A DNA stretch of 64,000 nucleotides from positions 130,803-194,802 of the forward strand of contig CALQZS010000001.1 in NCBI GenBank assembly GCA_943349945.1, given 5' to 3'. The translations under genes were made by a program, and so were the position numbers. This document shows positions 36,682 through 44,979 of the stretch, one piece after another (the stretch's first letter is position 1; the number at the start of each line of letters is the position of its first letter). The notes under the pieces were generated by a model. It saw nothing but the letters and a program-made list of their open reading frames with translations, was not told the DNA's origin and did not search any database. This stretch comes from Candidatus Nomurabacteria bacterium (GTDB lineage: Bacteria > Patescibacteriota > Minisyncoccia > Phycocordibacterales > SBAW01).

Positions 36682-37599
36682 ATGAAAGCTCCAAAAAGGC
36701 GTCTCCAGCACGTCCTCGAAGCGCAGCAGTTCGGGAATGACCCAGAGTTGCTGGGCGAAGTCTTCAAGTTGGCCCAATTCTTCCAAAAAGGAGGAGAGAG
36801 CGACTGCATGCGGGGTAGAATACTCGCGTCGCTCTTTTATGAGCCCAGCACGCGGACAAGACTCTCTTTCGAATCTGCTGCACTCAGACTGGGCGGCGGT
36901 GTCATCGGCACAGAAAGTGCCGAGCAATTCTCCTCGGTCGTCAAAGGCGAATCGCTACCTGACACTATCCGCATTATAAGTGCGTATGCGGATGTTATCG
37001 CACTGCGACACAAAGACAACAACGCCGCAGAAGATGCCGCTCGGGTAGCCACCGTACCCATCATCAACGCCGGCTCCGGTGCACACCAACACCCGACCCA
37101 AGCCCTGCTCGACTTGTACACCATCGAGCAGGAATGCGGTACGTTTGAAGGACTCACCGTAGCCTTTGTGGGCGACCTCAAACACGGTCGCACAGTGCGG
37201 TCGCTGGCGTACTTGCTGGGCAAGTTCCCGCAAAGAAAAATCGTCTTCTCTTCACCTGTGGACTTGCGTATTGGCAAAGACATCAAAGACTATCTCGACG
37301 AGAGAGGCGTCCAGTATGTCGAGACGGACATACTGGGTACCGAAGTACTACAAGCAGACGTGGTCTACATGACCCGCATGCAGACAGAGCGGCACGCCAG
37401 CACACACAACAGAGACTACAGCCAGTTCCATTTGACTGGCCGGGTAGCTCGGTCTGTGCGAGGCGCCATACTGCACCCGCTGCCGCGCAATAGCGAACTC
37501 GACCCGGTGATAGACACTCGCCCGAATGCAGCGTACTTTCGCCAAGCGCGAAACGGACTCTACGTCCGGATGGCGCTACTGCACATCCTCTTCGCCTAA
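36682..37599 (+). CDS. pyrB: aspartate carbamoyltransferase catalytic subunit
   Basis: STRTR, HPTQALLDL and HPLP motifs. RBS aaggagga. The start was re-called because the track ORF runs through the tRNA. Confidence 0.85.
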   Translation: MKAPKRRLQHVLEAQQFGNDPELLGEVFKLAQFFQKGGESDCMRGRILASLFYEPSTRTRLSFESAALRLGGGVIGTESAEQFSSVVKGESLPDTIRIISAYADVIALRHKDNNAAEDAARVATVPIINAGSGAHQHPTQALLDLYTIEQECGTFEGLTVAFVGDLKHGRTVRSLAYLLGKFPQRKIVFSSPVDLRIGKDIKDYLDERGVQYVETDILGTEVLQADVVYMTRMQTERHASTHNRDYSQFHLTGRVARSVRGAILHPLPRNSELDPVIDTRPNAAYFRQARNGLYVRMALLHILFA

Positions 37600-37619
37600 A
37601 CTGTGGCCTTGTGCCACAA

Positions 37620-37648
37620 CCCGCCTCACAATGAGGCGGGTATTTTTT
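37620..37648 (+). terminator. rho-independent terminator
   Basis: cccgcctcacaatgaggcggg followed by TATTTTTT. Confidence 0.6.
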
Positions 37649-37709
37649 ATCGCACAATATTTTTTGCTATGGTAGGCTTTTGGGCAGACGAACAACCCAG
37701 GAGCAGAAC

Positions 37710-38714
37710 ATGATACTGCGCAACATCGACTTTGGCCCCTGCTTGGATGCAGCCGGCACGAGGGGATTTTTTGGCCGGGGATATCCAGCGCATCGGATCC
37801 CGGTCTTAGGACCTTGGCTGTGGAACTTTACCGGCTCGACCTTTGTGGCGAAGACCACGACCACGCCCATACAGTACGGCAATATGCCGCTCAGGGGCAG
37901 CGAGTATGACTTCGAGCCCGAAGGTTGGTTCCCTCAGTGCATTTGGTCAGACATGCAGGACCAAATAGCACTAAACGCGGTCGGCCTCTCGGGCCCAGGC
38001 GCGTACCAACTGATGGCGCAGCAAAAATGGCAAAAGCATAAAGAGCCATTTATGGTGTCGTGGGCGCCCGTGGGGCCAGAAAAGGAGTGGGAGGCTCAAG
38101 CGCGGAAGTTTGCATACAACTGGGACATATACATGTCCGGGCAAAAGCTACAGGTCGGGCTGCAGGTCAACATAAGCTGCCCCAACACAGGCACAGACCT
38201 TGCAAGACTTGTGCAACAAACACACGTGCTGCTCGATATCTTGCGCAAACTCTGCATACCACTTGTCGTCAAGCTGAATTTGCTTGTCGACCCTGCCCGC
38301 GCAGTCGAGATCTCAGAGCACCCTGCGTGCGACGCTCTGTGTGTCTCGAACACCATACCCTTTGGGGAGTTGCCCAATGAGATAGATTGGGATCAATTCT
38401 TCCCTATCGGCTCGCCGCTCGTACGACGCAACCCCGCCTTTGGTAACGGTGGACTCTCGGGCAAGCCGTTGTTGCCGTTGGTTATCGAGTGGCTGCGGCA
38501 CGCTTTTGACGCCGGGCTCAAAAAGCCAGTCAACGCCGGCGGCGGCATACTCGAAGCCAACGACGTCGACTTTTTGGTCGAAAACGCATCTCTTCGACCA
38601 GGCATCGACTCGATATTTATTGGGTCGATAGCAATACTCAACCCGCTGGGCATCCGCTCGACCATACGCCGTGCACACAAACTGCTTGGATCACAAAAAC
38701 CCGCCTCAACATGA
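37710..38714 (+). CDS. pyrD: dihydroorotate dehydrogenase family protein (divergent class 1 PyrD-like)
   Basis: FGPCLDAAG and NISCPNTG motifs. RBS aggag before ATG 37710. Confidence 0.6.
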   Translation: MILRNIDFGPCLDAAGTRGFFGRGYPAHRIPVLGPWLWNFTGSTFVAKTTTTPIQYGNMPLRGSEYDFEPEGWFPQCIWSDMQDQIALNAVGLSGPGAYQLMAQQKWQKHKEPFMVSWAPVGPEKEWEAQARKFAYNWDIYMSGQKLQVGLQVNISCPNTGTDLARLVQQTHVLLDILRKLCIPLVVKLNLLVDPARAVEISEHPACDALCVSNTIPFGELPNEIDWDQFFPIGSPLVRRNPAFGNGGLSGKPLLPLVIEWLRHAFDAGLKKPVNAGGGILEANDVDFLVENASLRPGIDSIFIGSIAILNPLGIRSTIRRAHKLLGSQKPAST

Positions 38715-38727
38715 GGCGGGTAATTTT
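38698..38727 (+). terminator. rho-independent terminator (near-identical to the one at 37620)
   Basis: cccgcctcaacatgaggcggg followed by TAATTTTTT. The stop codon lies inside the hairpin. Confidence 0.6.
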
Positions 38728-38747
38728 TTATATATTGAGAGAAAGGT

Positions 38748-40727
38748 TTAGAAATCGACCACCACCGGCTTTGGTTCTATGTCTTGCTTCTTTTTTGGGG
38801 TGATGCCGTGGGCTATGAGTATAGTCTCAAACTCCTCGCGCTCGAGCGTCTCTACTTCTACCAAGCGCTCGGCTATAGCATCCAGTACTTTGCGCTGGTG
38901 GGTAATGATGTCGTGCGCTTTTTTGTATGCACCGTCTATGATGTGCTTGACCTCTGCATCAATCTCGCCCGACACCTTTTCGGAATACTCGCGGCCATCC
39001 ACCCCCGCACCAAACATAGCGCGGCCGCCGTCGCCCACCAACGCAATAGTGCCCACTTTGTCGGACATACCCCAACGGGTCACCATGTTGCGTGCCAAGT
39101 TGGTAAGCACCTGTATGTCGTTTGAAGGGCCAGTGGTGACGTCGCCAAAGACCTCTTTTTCGGCAACATAGCCACCAAGCGACATCGCGATATCATCCAA
39201 AAACTCTTTTTTGCTCTGCATGCGCTTGTCTTCGAATGGGAGCTTGAGGGTGTAGCCCGCTGCGCGGCCACGAGAGATGATGGAGATTTTGTGCACAGGG
39301 TCGGCGTAGGGCAACACGGACGCAACGAGCGCGTGCCCTGCTTCGTGGTATGCGGTTATCTCTTTCTCGCGGGCGTTCATCACGTTGGTCTTGCGCTCGG
39401 GGCCAAGCATCACCTTTTCTATAGAGCGGATGAGGTCGAACTGTGCGACGGTTTTGCGGTTTTCGCGTGCTGCAAGGATGGCAGCCTCGTTCATCAGGTT
39501 GGCCAAGTCGGCGCCACTAAACCCAGGCGTGCGCTCGGCTATGACGGCCAAGTTTACATCTTCGGCCAGTGGCTTTTTGCGCGCATGGATGTGCAAAATC
39601 TCGACGCGGTCTTGGCGGTCGGGCAGGTCTATCATCACGCGACGGTCAAAGCGGCCCGGGCGCACCAGCGCTGGGTCCAAAACGTCGGGGCGGTTGGTTG
39701 CAGCCATCACAATTACCTTTTCGTTTGGCTCAAAGCCGTCCATCTCGACCAGTATTTGGTTGAGTGTCTGCTCGCGTTCGTCGTTGCCCCCGCCTACACC
39801 CGTGCCGCGCACGCGGCCCACGGCATCAATTTCGTCGACAAAGATAATAGCGGGTGCTGCGCGCTTGGCTGTCAAAAAGAGGTCGCGCACACGACTTGCG
39901 CCCACACCCACAAACATCTCGACGAACTCCGAACCCGAGATAGAGAAGAAGGGCACCCCCGCCTCGCCCGCCACCGCGCGCGCAAGCAAGGTCTTGCCTG
40001 TGCCGGCTGAGCCCATCAACAAAATACCCTTGGGGATGCGTGCACCAATGTCCAGAAACTTCTTTGGGTTTTTAAGAAAGTCGACAATCTCCAAAAGCTC
40101 TATCTTTGCTTCTTTGGCGCCTGCAACATCTTTAAAGGTTACGCGCGAGCCCTTGTCGTTGGGGTCGGTTACTTTGGGGCGGCTTTGCCCAAACGAGAAT
40201 GCCTGCATCCCCGCCCCCTTTACTTGGCGCGAGAGATACCAGACAAAAAACGCAATCAAAAGTAGCGGCACCAAAAACGGCGCAAGCGCGGTGAGCCAAA
40301 ACTGCCACGAGCTTTGGCGCTTGATAGTAACCTCTACTTTGTCGAGTGCCTCTTTAGAGACGCTGTAGTTGGTGAGTGTTTGCGACAGCGCGGCGTCTGG
40401 CTCTTTTTTGGATACCTTTTCTATTGCCTCGGCGCCCTCGGATTCGGGGACATAAGTGATGGTGAGGTCGTTACCGTCGACAAGCACCTTGGACACAGTG
40501 CCTGCTTGGATGTCGGCCGCCAATTGCGAGATAGGTATGTCGACGGGCTTTTTTTCATCGCTAACAAAGTAGGTGTACGCACCCGCCAAGAGCATCAGCA
40601 CCAACACGCTGCTGGCCAAGTTGACCCAAAACGAATCACCCTGGGGCATCTGCGGCATAGGCATGCGCGGTCCACCCTTTTTTTGCTGAGGAGATTTTTG
40701 TTCGGCCATTGCTTTACATACTAGCAT
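38748..40727 (-). CDS. ftsH: ATP-dependent zinc metalloprotease FtsH
   Basis: 659 aa with an AAA+ Walker A GSAGTGKT, the SRH, and the HEAGHA zinc motif. Confidence 0.95.
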   Translation of the reverse strand: MLVCKAMAEQKSPQQKKGGPRMPMPQMPQGDSFWVNLASSVLVLMLLAGAYTYFVSDEKKPVDIPISQLAADIQAGTVSKVLVDGNDLTITYVPESEGAEAIEKVSKKEPDAALSQTLTNYSVSKEALDKVEVTIKRQSSWQFWLTALAPFLVPLLLIAFFVWYLSRQVKGAGMQAFSFGQSRPKVTDPNDKGSRVTFKDVAGAKEAKIELLEIVDFLKNPKKFLDIGARIPKGILLMGSAGTGKTLLARAVAGEAGVPFFSISGSEFVEMFVGVGASRVRDLFLTAKRAAPAIIFVDEIDAVGRVRGTGVGGGNDEREQTLNQILVEMDGFEPNEKVIVMAATNRPDVLDPALVRPGRFDRRVMIDLPDRQDRVEILHIHARKKPLAEDVNLAVIAERTPGFSGADLANLMNEAAILAARENRKTVAQFDLIRSIEKVMLGPERKTNVMNAREKEITAYHEAGHALVASVLPYADPVHKISIISRGRAAGYTLKLPFEDKRMQSKKEFLDDIAMSLGGYVAEKEVFGDVTTGPSNDIQVLTNLARNMVTRWGMSDKVGTIALVGDGGRAMFGAGVDGREYSEKVSGEIDAEVKHIIDGAYKKAHDIITHQRKVLDAIAERLVEVETLEREEFETILIAHGITPKKKQDIEPKPVVVDF

Positions 40728-40777
40728 CTACCCTGCGGTGGAGCAAAAAGAATTTCTAATCGTGGTATATTCAGCTC

Positions 40778-41239
40778 GTGAGCCTTATAGAAAGTAAAAA
40801 AGCCCGGCTAAACTATGACATCCTCGAGGAATTTGAGGCGGGGTTGGAATTGGTGGGTAGCGAGGTAAAGAGTGTCCGCGCCGGCCACGGCAAGCTCGAC
40901 GGTGCACATATTATTGTGCGCCCCACCGCGCGCGCAGGGGGCCTAGAGGCATACGTGGTGGGCATGTCTGTGCCTCCATACCAAGCCACCAACACCCCCG
41001 CCGACTACGAACCCGAGCGCACACGCAAACTCCTGCTGACTAAAAAAGAATTGCAAACGTTGGCCGGGTTTGAAAAGCAGAGCGGCTTGACAATAGTGCC
41101 ACTTTCGGTGTATAATAAAGGGAGAGTACTGAAGCTGCGTTTGGCGGTAGCCCGCGGCCGTAAGAAATACGACAAGCGCGCCGTCTTAAAGGAAAGAGAC
41201 ACCAAGCGCGACATACAAAGGCTAAAACGACAATTATGA
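40778..41239 (+). CDS. smpB: SsrA-binding protein SmpB
   Basis: 153 aa, typical SmpB. Confidence 0.9.
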   Translation: MSLIESKKARLNYDILEEFEAGLELVGSEVKSVRAGHGKLDGAHIIVRPTARAGGLEAYVVGMSVPPYQATNTPADYEPERTRKLLLTKKELQTLAGFEKQSGLTIVPLSVYNKGRVLKLRLAVARGRKKYDKRAVLKERDTKRDIQRLKRQL

Positions 41240-41286
41240 AATTTGTCGTTCGCCCGACAAATAGCTATGCTATTTGTTTAGGGACT
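41220..41286 (+). repeat. direct repeat copy 1 (includes last 7 codons of smpB) flanking GIY-YIG cassette
   Basis: ggctaaaacgacaattatgaaatttgtcgttcgcccgacaaatagctatgctatttgtttaggg. The second copy is at 41591-41656. Both contain the hairpins atttgtcg/cgacaaat and acaaat/atttgt. Confidence 0.5.
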
Positions 41287-41325
41287 TTGAAAAAAGAATA
41301 AACAGACCTGGCCGTCGCCTAAAAT

Positions 41326-41586
41326 ATGTCTTGGACTGTATATATCCTATATAGCTTAAAAGATAAGAGGTTGTATGTAGGCTGTACTTCTGATCTTGAG
41401 AAAAGGATTGGGAGGCACAGCAAAGGATATGTATTAGCCACTTCTCATCGAAGACCTTTGGTTTTGATTCATTCAGAATTATTCAAACAAAAAGGAGAAG
41501 CTTTTCAACGAGAGAGATTTTTGAAAAGCCTTTGGGGAGCACGAGAAAAGAAAAAGATTCTAAAAAAGTACTTAGAATCAGAATGA
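41326..41586 (+). CDS. GIY-YIG nuclease family protein (small, homing-endonuclease-like)
   Basis: YILYSLKDKRLYVGCTSDLEKRIGRH GIY-YIG motif, in an AT-rich insert. Confidence 0.8.
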   Translation: MSWTVYILYSLKDKRLYVGCTSDLEKRIGRHSKGYVLATSHRRPLVLIHSELFKQKGEAFQRERFLKSLWGAREKKKILKKYLESE

Positions 41587-41590
41587 ATTG

Positions 41591-41656
41591 GGCTAAAACG
41601 ATTACCATGCAATCGTTCGCCCGAACAAATCTTGGCACAAGATTTGTTTTAGGGGG
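41591..41656 (+). repeat. direct repeat copy 2 (duplicated smpB 3' end remnant) abutting ssrA
   Basis: ggctaaaacgattaccatgcaatcgttcgcccgaacaaatcttggcacaagatttgttttaggggg. Confidence 0.5.
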
Positions 41657-42018
41657 ATGCCAGGCCTAGACAATGAAGACGCCTGTTGAATGCGCGCAGT
41701 AGAAGTCTGGACCTTCTTAAAAATCCGGAAACAATAACTGCAAAAAACAGTGTTTCGCCGTATTTCGCGGCGAACGACTTCCAGTTCGCGTTCGCGCGAG
41801 CGTAAGTCGCATCTACCCTTCCTCTCTCTTGCGGGTTGGGATAGGTGTTATATAGCAAGAGTATAGTTGCAAGAGCCGCTCTGACTTGCATCCGAACATA
41901 AGAGCTGCAGGAAGTTATGATTTCGTTTGCTTTGCCCATAACAGCCTAAAGAAACAACAAGCGAACTACACTACGTAGAAGCTTCAGCAGCACTTCATTG
42001 CACGGCGGTTCAATTCCG
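41653..42018 (+). ncRNA. ssrA: tmRNA (ssrA)
   Basis: 5' GGGGAUG pairs with 3' CAUCUCC-A, including a G3:U wobble. T-arm GGCGG-UUCAAUU-CCGCC. The tag ORF GCG GCG AAC GAC UUC CAG UUC GCG UUC GCG CGA GCG UAA encodes (A)ANDFQFAFARA. A terminator follows. Confidence 0.8.
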
Positions 42019-42319
42019 CCCATCTCCACATAAAAATAAAACGCGCCCATAGTTGGGTGCTTTTTATTTTCCCTGTCACCTCTGCCCCACTCGGCGAGTT
42101 GTCATAAGTGTCTAGCAATAAAACAAACACACCATGGAACACTTGAGTTAAGCCGAGGAGGCTGCCACCCCAAGGGGACGCGGCCTCCTCGGCGCACATG
42201 GTGCGTTTTGCACCCCTGTTTTTTGCATATGCACACAGATGGTGGTATGTTCAAAAAACGTACAGCGTTTGTTTGTTACGTACTGCACGTCCTAACTCAA
42301 GACTATTTGGGGAAAGCCG

Positions 42320-42496
42320 TTGAAAATCATACTAGCAAAGGGTGTAGCGGCAGGTATTGCCCTGCTACTCATACCCACAAGTACATCCAAAGCTGGCCAA
42401 GTGTGGCCAAGCCAAACACCCCTGATCCTTGCAGGCGGGGTGCTGTTGATCTTTCTATTGACGATATTACTAGGCCACCGGCGCAACAAGCGCTAG
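42320..42496 (+). CDS. possible small membrane peptide (58 aa, TTG start)
   Basis: RBS gggaaag, then (M)KIILAKGVAAGIALLLIPTSTSKAGQVWPSQTPLILAGGVLLIFLLTILLGHRRNKR, with a terminator immediately after the stop. Not in the ORF track. Confidence 0.3.
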   Translation: MKIILAKGVAAGIALLLIPTSTSKAGQVWPSQTPLILAGGVLLIFLLTILLGHRRNKR

Positions 42497-42502
42497 CGAC
42501 CA

Positions 42503-42535
42503 ATCCCCCTACCGCTGCAGTAGGGGGATTTTTTA
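42503..42535 (+). terminator. rho-independent terminator
   Basis: atccccctaccgctgcagtagggggat followed by TTTTTT. Confidence 0.55.
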
Positions 42536-43039
42536 TAACTCCCCTTTTATCTTTTCTATCAAAGGCCCCGGCTCCAAGCGGATAATAAGCCCGCTGGGCA
42601 GTGTGATGTCGTGCGTGGTGTGGTGCGGGCGCTCCACGTGGACAAGCTGCTCGCCCCCTTTCTGTAGCAAGTCCACCAACATGTCGTACGTAGTAGGCGC
42701 CACAGGGTAGAGTTCGAGGTGGTCCAGCCCGCTGCTTTGGCTGCCATCTGGCTTTTGGTCTGAAAGTTCGACAAACCACACATCCCCCAAACCGGTTGGC
42801 AATGGGGCCGCCAACTTTACATAGGCAATGCGCCGGCCCGATATAGTTGCCTGGTGCATATATGCAGCACCTTTCTCTAATATGGCACGCACTTCTTCAA
42901 ACTCCTTGGCCGAGCCGCACTTGTAGCACACATGGTCTGCCAAAGCCAAACCGCCAAGCCCGTGTTTTTTAAAAAAGAGGTCAAAGTGCTCGGTGGCCTC
43001 TTTTGCCTGCGCATAAAAGCTCAATAGGTCGTCTACCAT
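42533..43039 (-). CDS. YecM-like / VOC-fold family protein (uncertain)
   Basis: 168 aa. The ...HVCYKCGS...VWFVELSDQ... pattern resembles E. coli YecM. Confidence 0.45.
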   Translation of the reverse strand: MVDDLLSFYAQAKEATEHFDLFFKKHGLGGLALADHVCYKCGSAKEFEEVRAILEKGAAYMHQATISGRRIAYVKLAAPLPTGLGDVWFVELSDQKPDGSQSSGLDHLELYPVAPTTYDMLVDLLQKGGEQLVHVERPHHTTHDITLPSGLIIRLEPGPLIEKIKGEL

Positions 43040-43098
43040 ACATATATTGTATCACCTACACAAAAAGTCGATACTCTGGTATAGTGTTGGCAACCGCT

Positions 43099-43614
43099 TT
43101 GGATACCACCCGCATTAATCACCAGATCCGCGCAACAGAAGTGCGCGTCATAGGCCCCGAGGGGGAGAATTTTGGCGTTTTAGCCGTATCTGAGGCTATT
43201 GCCAAGGCAGAGGAGCTGGGGTTCGACCTTATTGAAATATCCCCTGGCGCCGTCCCACCAGTTGCAAAAATAATGGAATATGGTAAATTCCAATACGAGC
43301 AGGAGAAGAAACGCCGAGAAATAAAGGCCAAATCCCACACTACGGAGACCAAAAGTGTCCAGGTAAAGATAGGCACCGGCGAAAACGACCTTAATTTGAA
43401 GGCAAAAAGGGCGGCAGCGTGGCTCAAAGAGGGGCACCGGGTCAAAATAGACCTTTTTCTGTGGGGGCGATACAAGTACATGGAGTTTGGCTTCCTAAAA
43501 GAGCGTTTGGAGCGATTTTTGAAACTTATCCCCGAGGAATACAAGATAGGCGACCCTATAGCCAAAAGCCCCAAAGGCCTGACCACCGTTATCGAGCGCG
43601 CAGCTAAAAAGTAA
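43099..43614 (+). CDS. infC: translation initiation factor IF-3
   Basis: IRATEVRVIGPEGENFGV...KIDLFLWGR..., with a likely non-ATG start (TTG 43099 or ATT 43114), as is typical for infC. Confidence 0.85.
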   Translation: MDTTRINHQIRATEVRVIGPEGENFGVLAVSEAIAKAEELGFDLIEISPGAVPPVAKIMEYGKFQYEQEKKRREIKAKSHTTETKSVQVKIGTGENDLNLKAKRAAAWLKEGHRVKIDLFLWGRYKYMEFGFLKERLERFLKLIPEEYKIGDPIAKSPKGLTTVIERAAKK

Positions 43615-43623
43615 GAAATTACC

Positions 43624-43824
43624 GTGAAAACAAATAAATCATTTACGAAACGTCTCAAACTTACCCGCAACGGCAAGGTTATTGCGCGCAAGCCAGGACA
43701 GAACCATTTCAACGCAAAGGAGGACCGCTCGGGCCAGATGAGCACACGCCGCACCCAGCTCCTCACCCTCACCAAAAAGGTCTCTCAACGTTTTATCAAG
43801 ACAGTAACGCCCTCAAAGCGCTAA
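43624..43824 (+). CDS. rpmI: 50S ribosomal protein L35
   Basis: 66 aa, basic, in the canonical position between infC and rplT. Confidence 0.8.
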   Translation: MKTNKSFTKRLKLTRNGKVIARKPGQNHFNAKEDRSGQMSTRRTQLLTLTKKVSQRFIKTVTPSKR

Positions 43825-43847
43825 CTTAATCGACTTATCACACCACT

Positions 43848-44216
43848 ATGGCACGCGTAAAAGGAGGAACAACCGCGCTCAAGCGCCGCAAAAACATCTT
43901 GGCGATGACCAAGGGCTACCGCTTTGGCCGCTCGACCAAGACCAAGCAAGCTAAAGAGGCTATATTCCACGCAGGTAAGTACGCCTTTGCACACCGCAAA
44001 GACAAAAAGAACGACTTCCGCCGCCTGTGGAATGTACGCATCAACGCAGGTCTCGACACCTCGGGCGCACTCGCCTCAACAGGCAAGCCACTTTCGTACA
44101 GCCGCCTTATAAACGCGCTCAAAACAGCAAACATCACCCTCAACCGCAAAATGCTCGCAACGCTTGCCGAGCAGTCCCCCGCAACGTTTGATCGTATTGT
44201 TAAAAAAGTATCATAG
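43848..44216 (+). CDS. rplT: 50S ribosomal protein L20
   Basis: MARVKGGTTALKRRKNILAMTKGYRFGRS.... Confidence 0.9.
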   Translation: MARVKGGTTALKRRKNILAMTKGYRFGRSTKTKQAKEAIFHAGKYAFAHRKDKKNDFRRLWNVRINAGLDTSGALASTGKPLSYSRLINALKTANITLNRKMLATLAEQSPATFDRIVKKVS

Positions 44217-44274
44217 TTAATCCCGACGTTTCAGTCGGGACCCCGACCAAAGCGTCGGGGAAAGGTCTCCTAAC

Positions 44275-44304
44275 AAAAAACTCCCTACGGGGAGTTTTTT
44301 GTTT
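44275..44304. terminator. bidirectional rho-independent terminator
   Basis: aaaaaactccctacggggagttttttgtttt. It is preceded by stacked hairpins cccgacgtttcagtcggg and ccccgaccaaagcgtcgggg. Confidence 0.6.
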
Positions 44305-44306
44305 TA

Positions 44307-44969
44307 CTACTCTGTGGGCTGCACAAACCGGAATGACGCCCGGTTTATTTTGTCTTTTTGTACCAGCTCTATCACCCGCTCTACCAGTGCCTTTGGGTCC
44401 GAGTCGAACACGATACGGTCGTTGGGGCGATGGCCACTTTTGAGTATCCCTTTAATGACCTCGTCCGTCTCCCAATCTGCCTCTAAAATGCCAATAGGCT
44501 TTTTGTCTTCAAACGCGATAGTAAATTCGTGTATGGTCCCTATGCGTCCGCAGCCAAAAAGCAGCGCGTCAGACGACCGGGTAAAAATCAGGTCCCGCCC
44601 AGGGAAGCCAAACCCCGTGTACACAATAACGTCCATGTATTCCACCGGTAGGTTATACATCTCGATGTGCTCTTTTTCTGAGTTAGCAGGAGAAAACCCA
44701 ACGGACACCCCGCCCAATTCCTTGGCGCCCATAGCCGACCACAAGGGGAAGCCCGTAGTCGCCCCCGTTACAAGCACCGCGCCGTGGCGTGCCACTTCGC
44801 GGCCCAGCTCCAAACCTTTGTCGTACGCATCAATGCCGCAGTGGCCTGTTTCTGCCGCGCCCGAGACACCCAACTTTATCTGCAGATGCGGATGATTAGG
44901 CGACATAGGCTGCACAGTACCTGCTTCTTTTGTCTCTGGAGCAGGCGCAGTAGTAGTGGTCATATGCAC
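44307..44969 (-). CDS. LOG/SLOG-like Rossmann-fold protein (TIGR00725-type)
   Basis: ...LVTGATTGFPLWSAMGAKELGGVSVGFSP...IVYTGFGFPGRD...FGCGRIGTIHEF pattern. Confidence 0.55.
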   Translation of the reverse strand: MHMTTTTAPAPETKEAGTVQPMSPNHPHLQIKLGVSGAAETGHCGIDAYDKGLELGREVARHGAVLVTGATTGFPLWSAMGAKELGGVSVGFSPANSEKEHIEMYNLPVEYMDVIVYTGFGFPGRDLIFTRSSDALLFGCGRIGTIHEFTIAFEDKKPIGILEADWETDEVIKGILKSGHRPNDRIVFDSDPKALVERVIELVQKDKINRASFRFVQPTE

Positions 44970-44979
44970 TATTCTAGCA

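Noticed and set aside
41649-41939. 96-aa minus-strand ORF
   Set aside because: It lies entirely antisense within the tmRNA gene.
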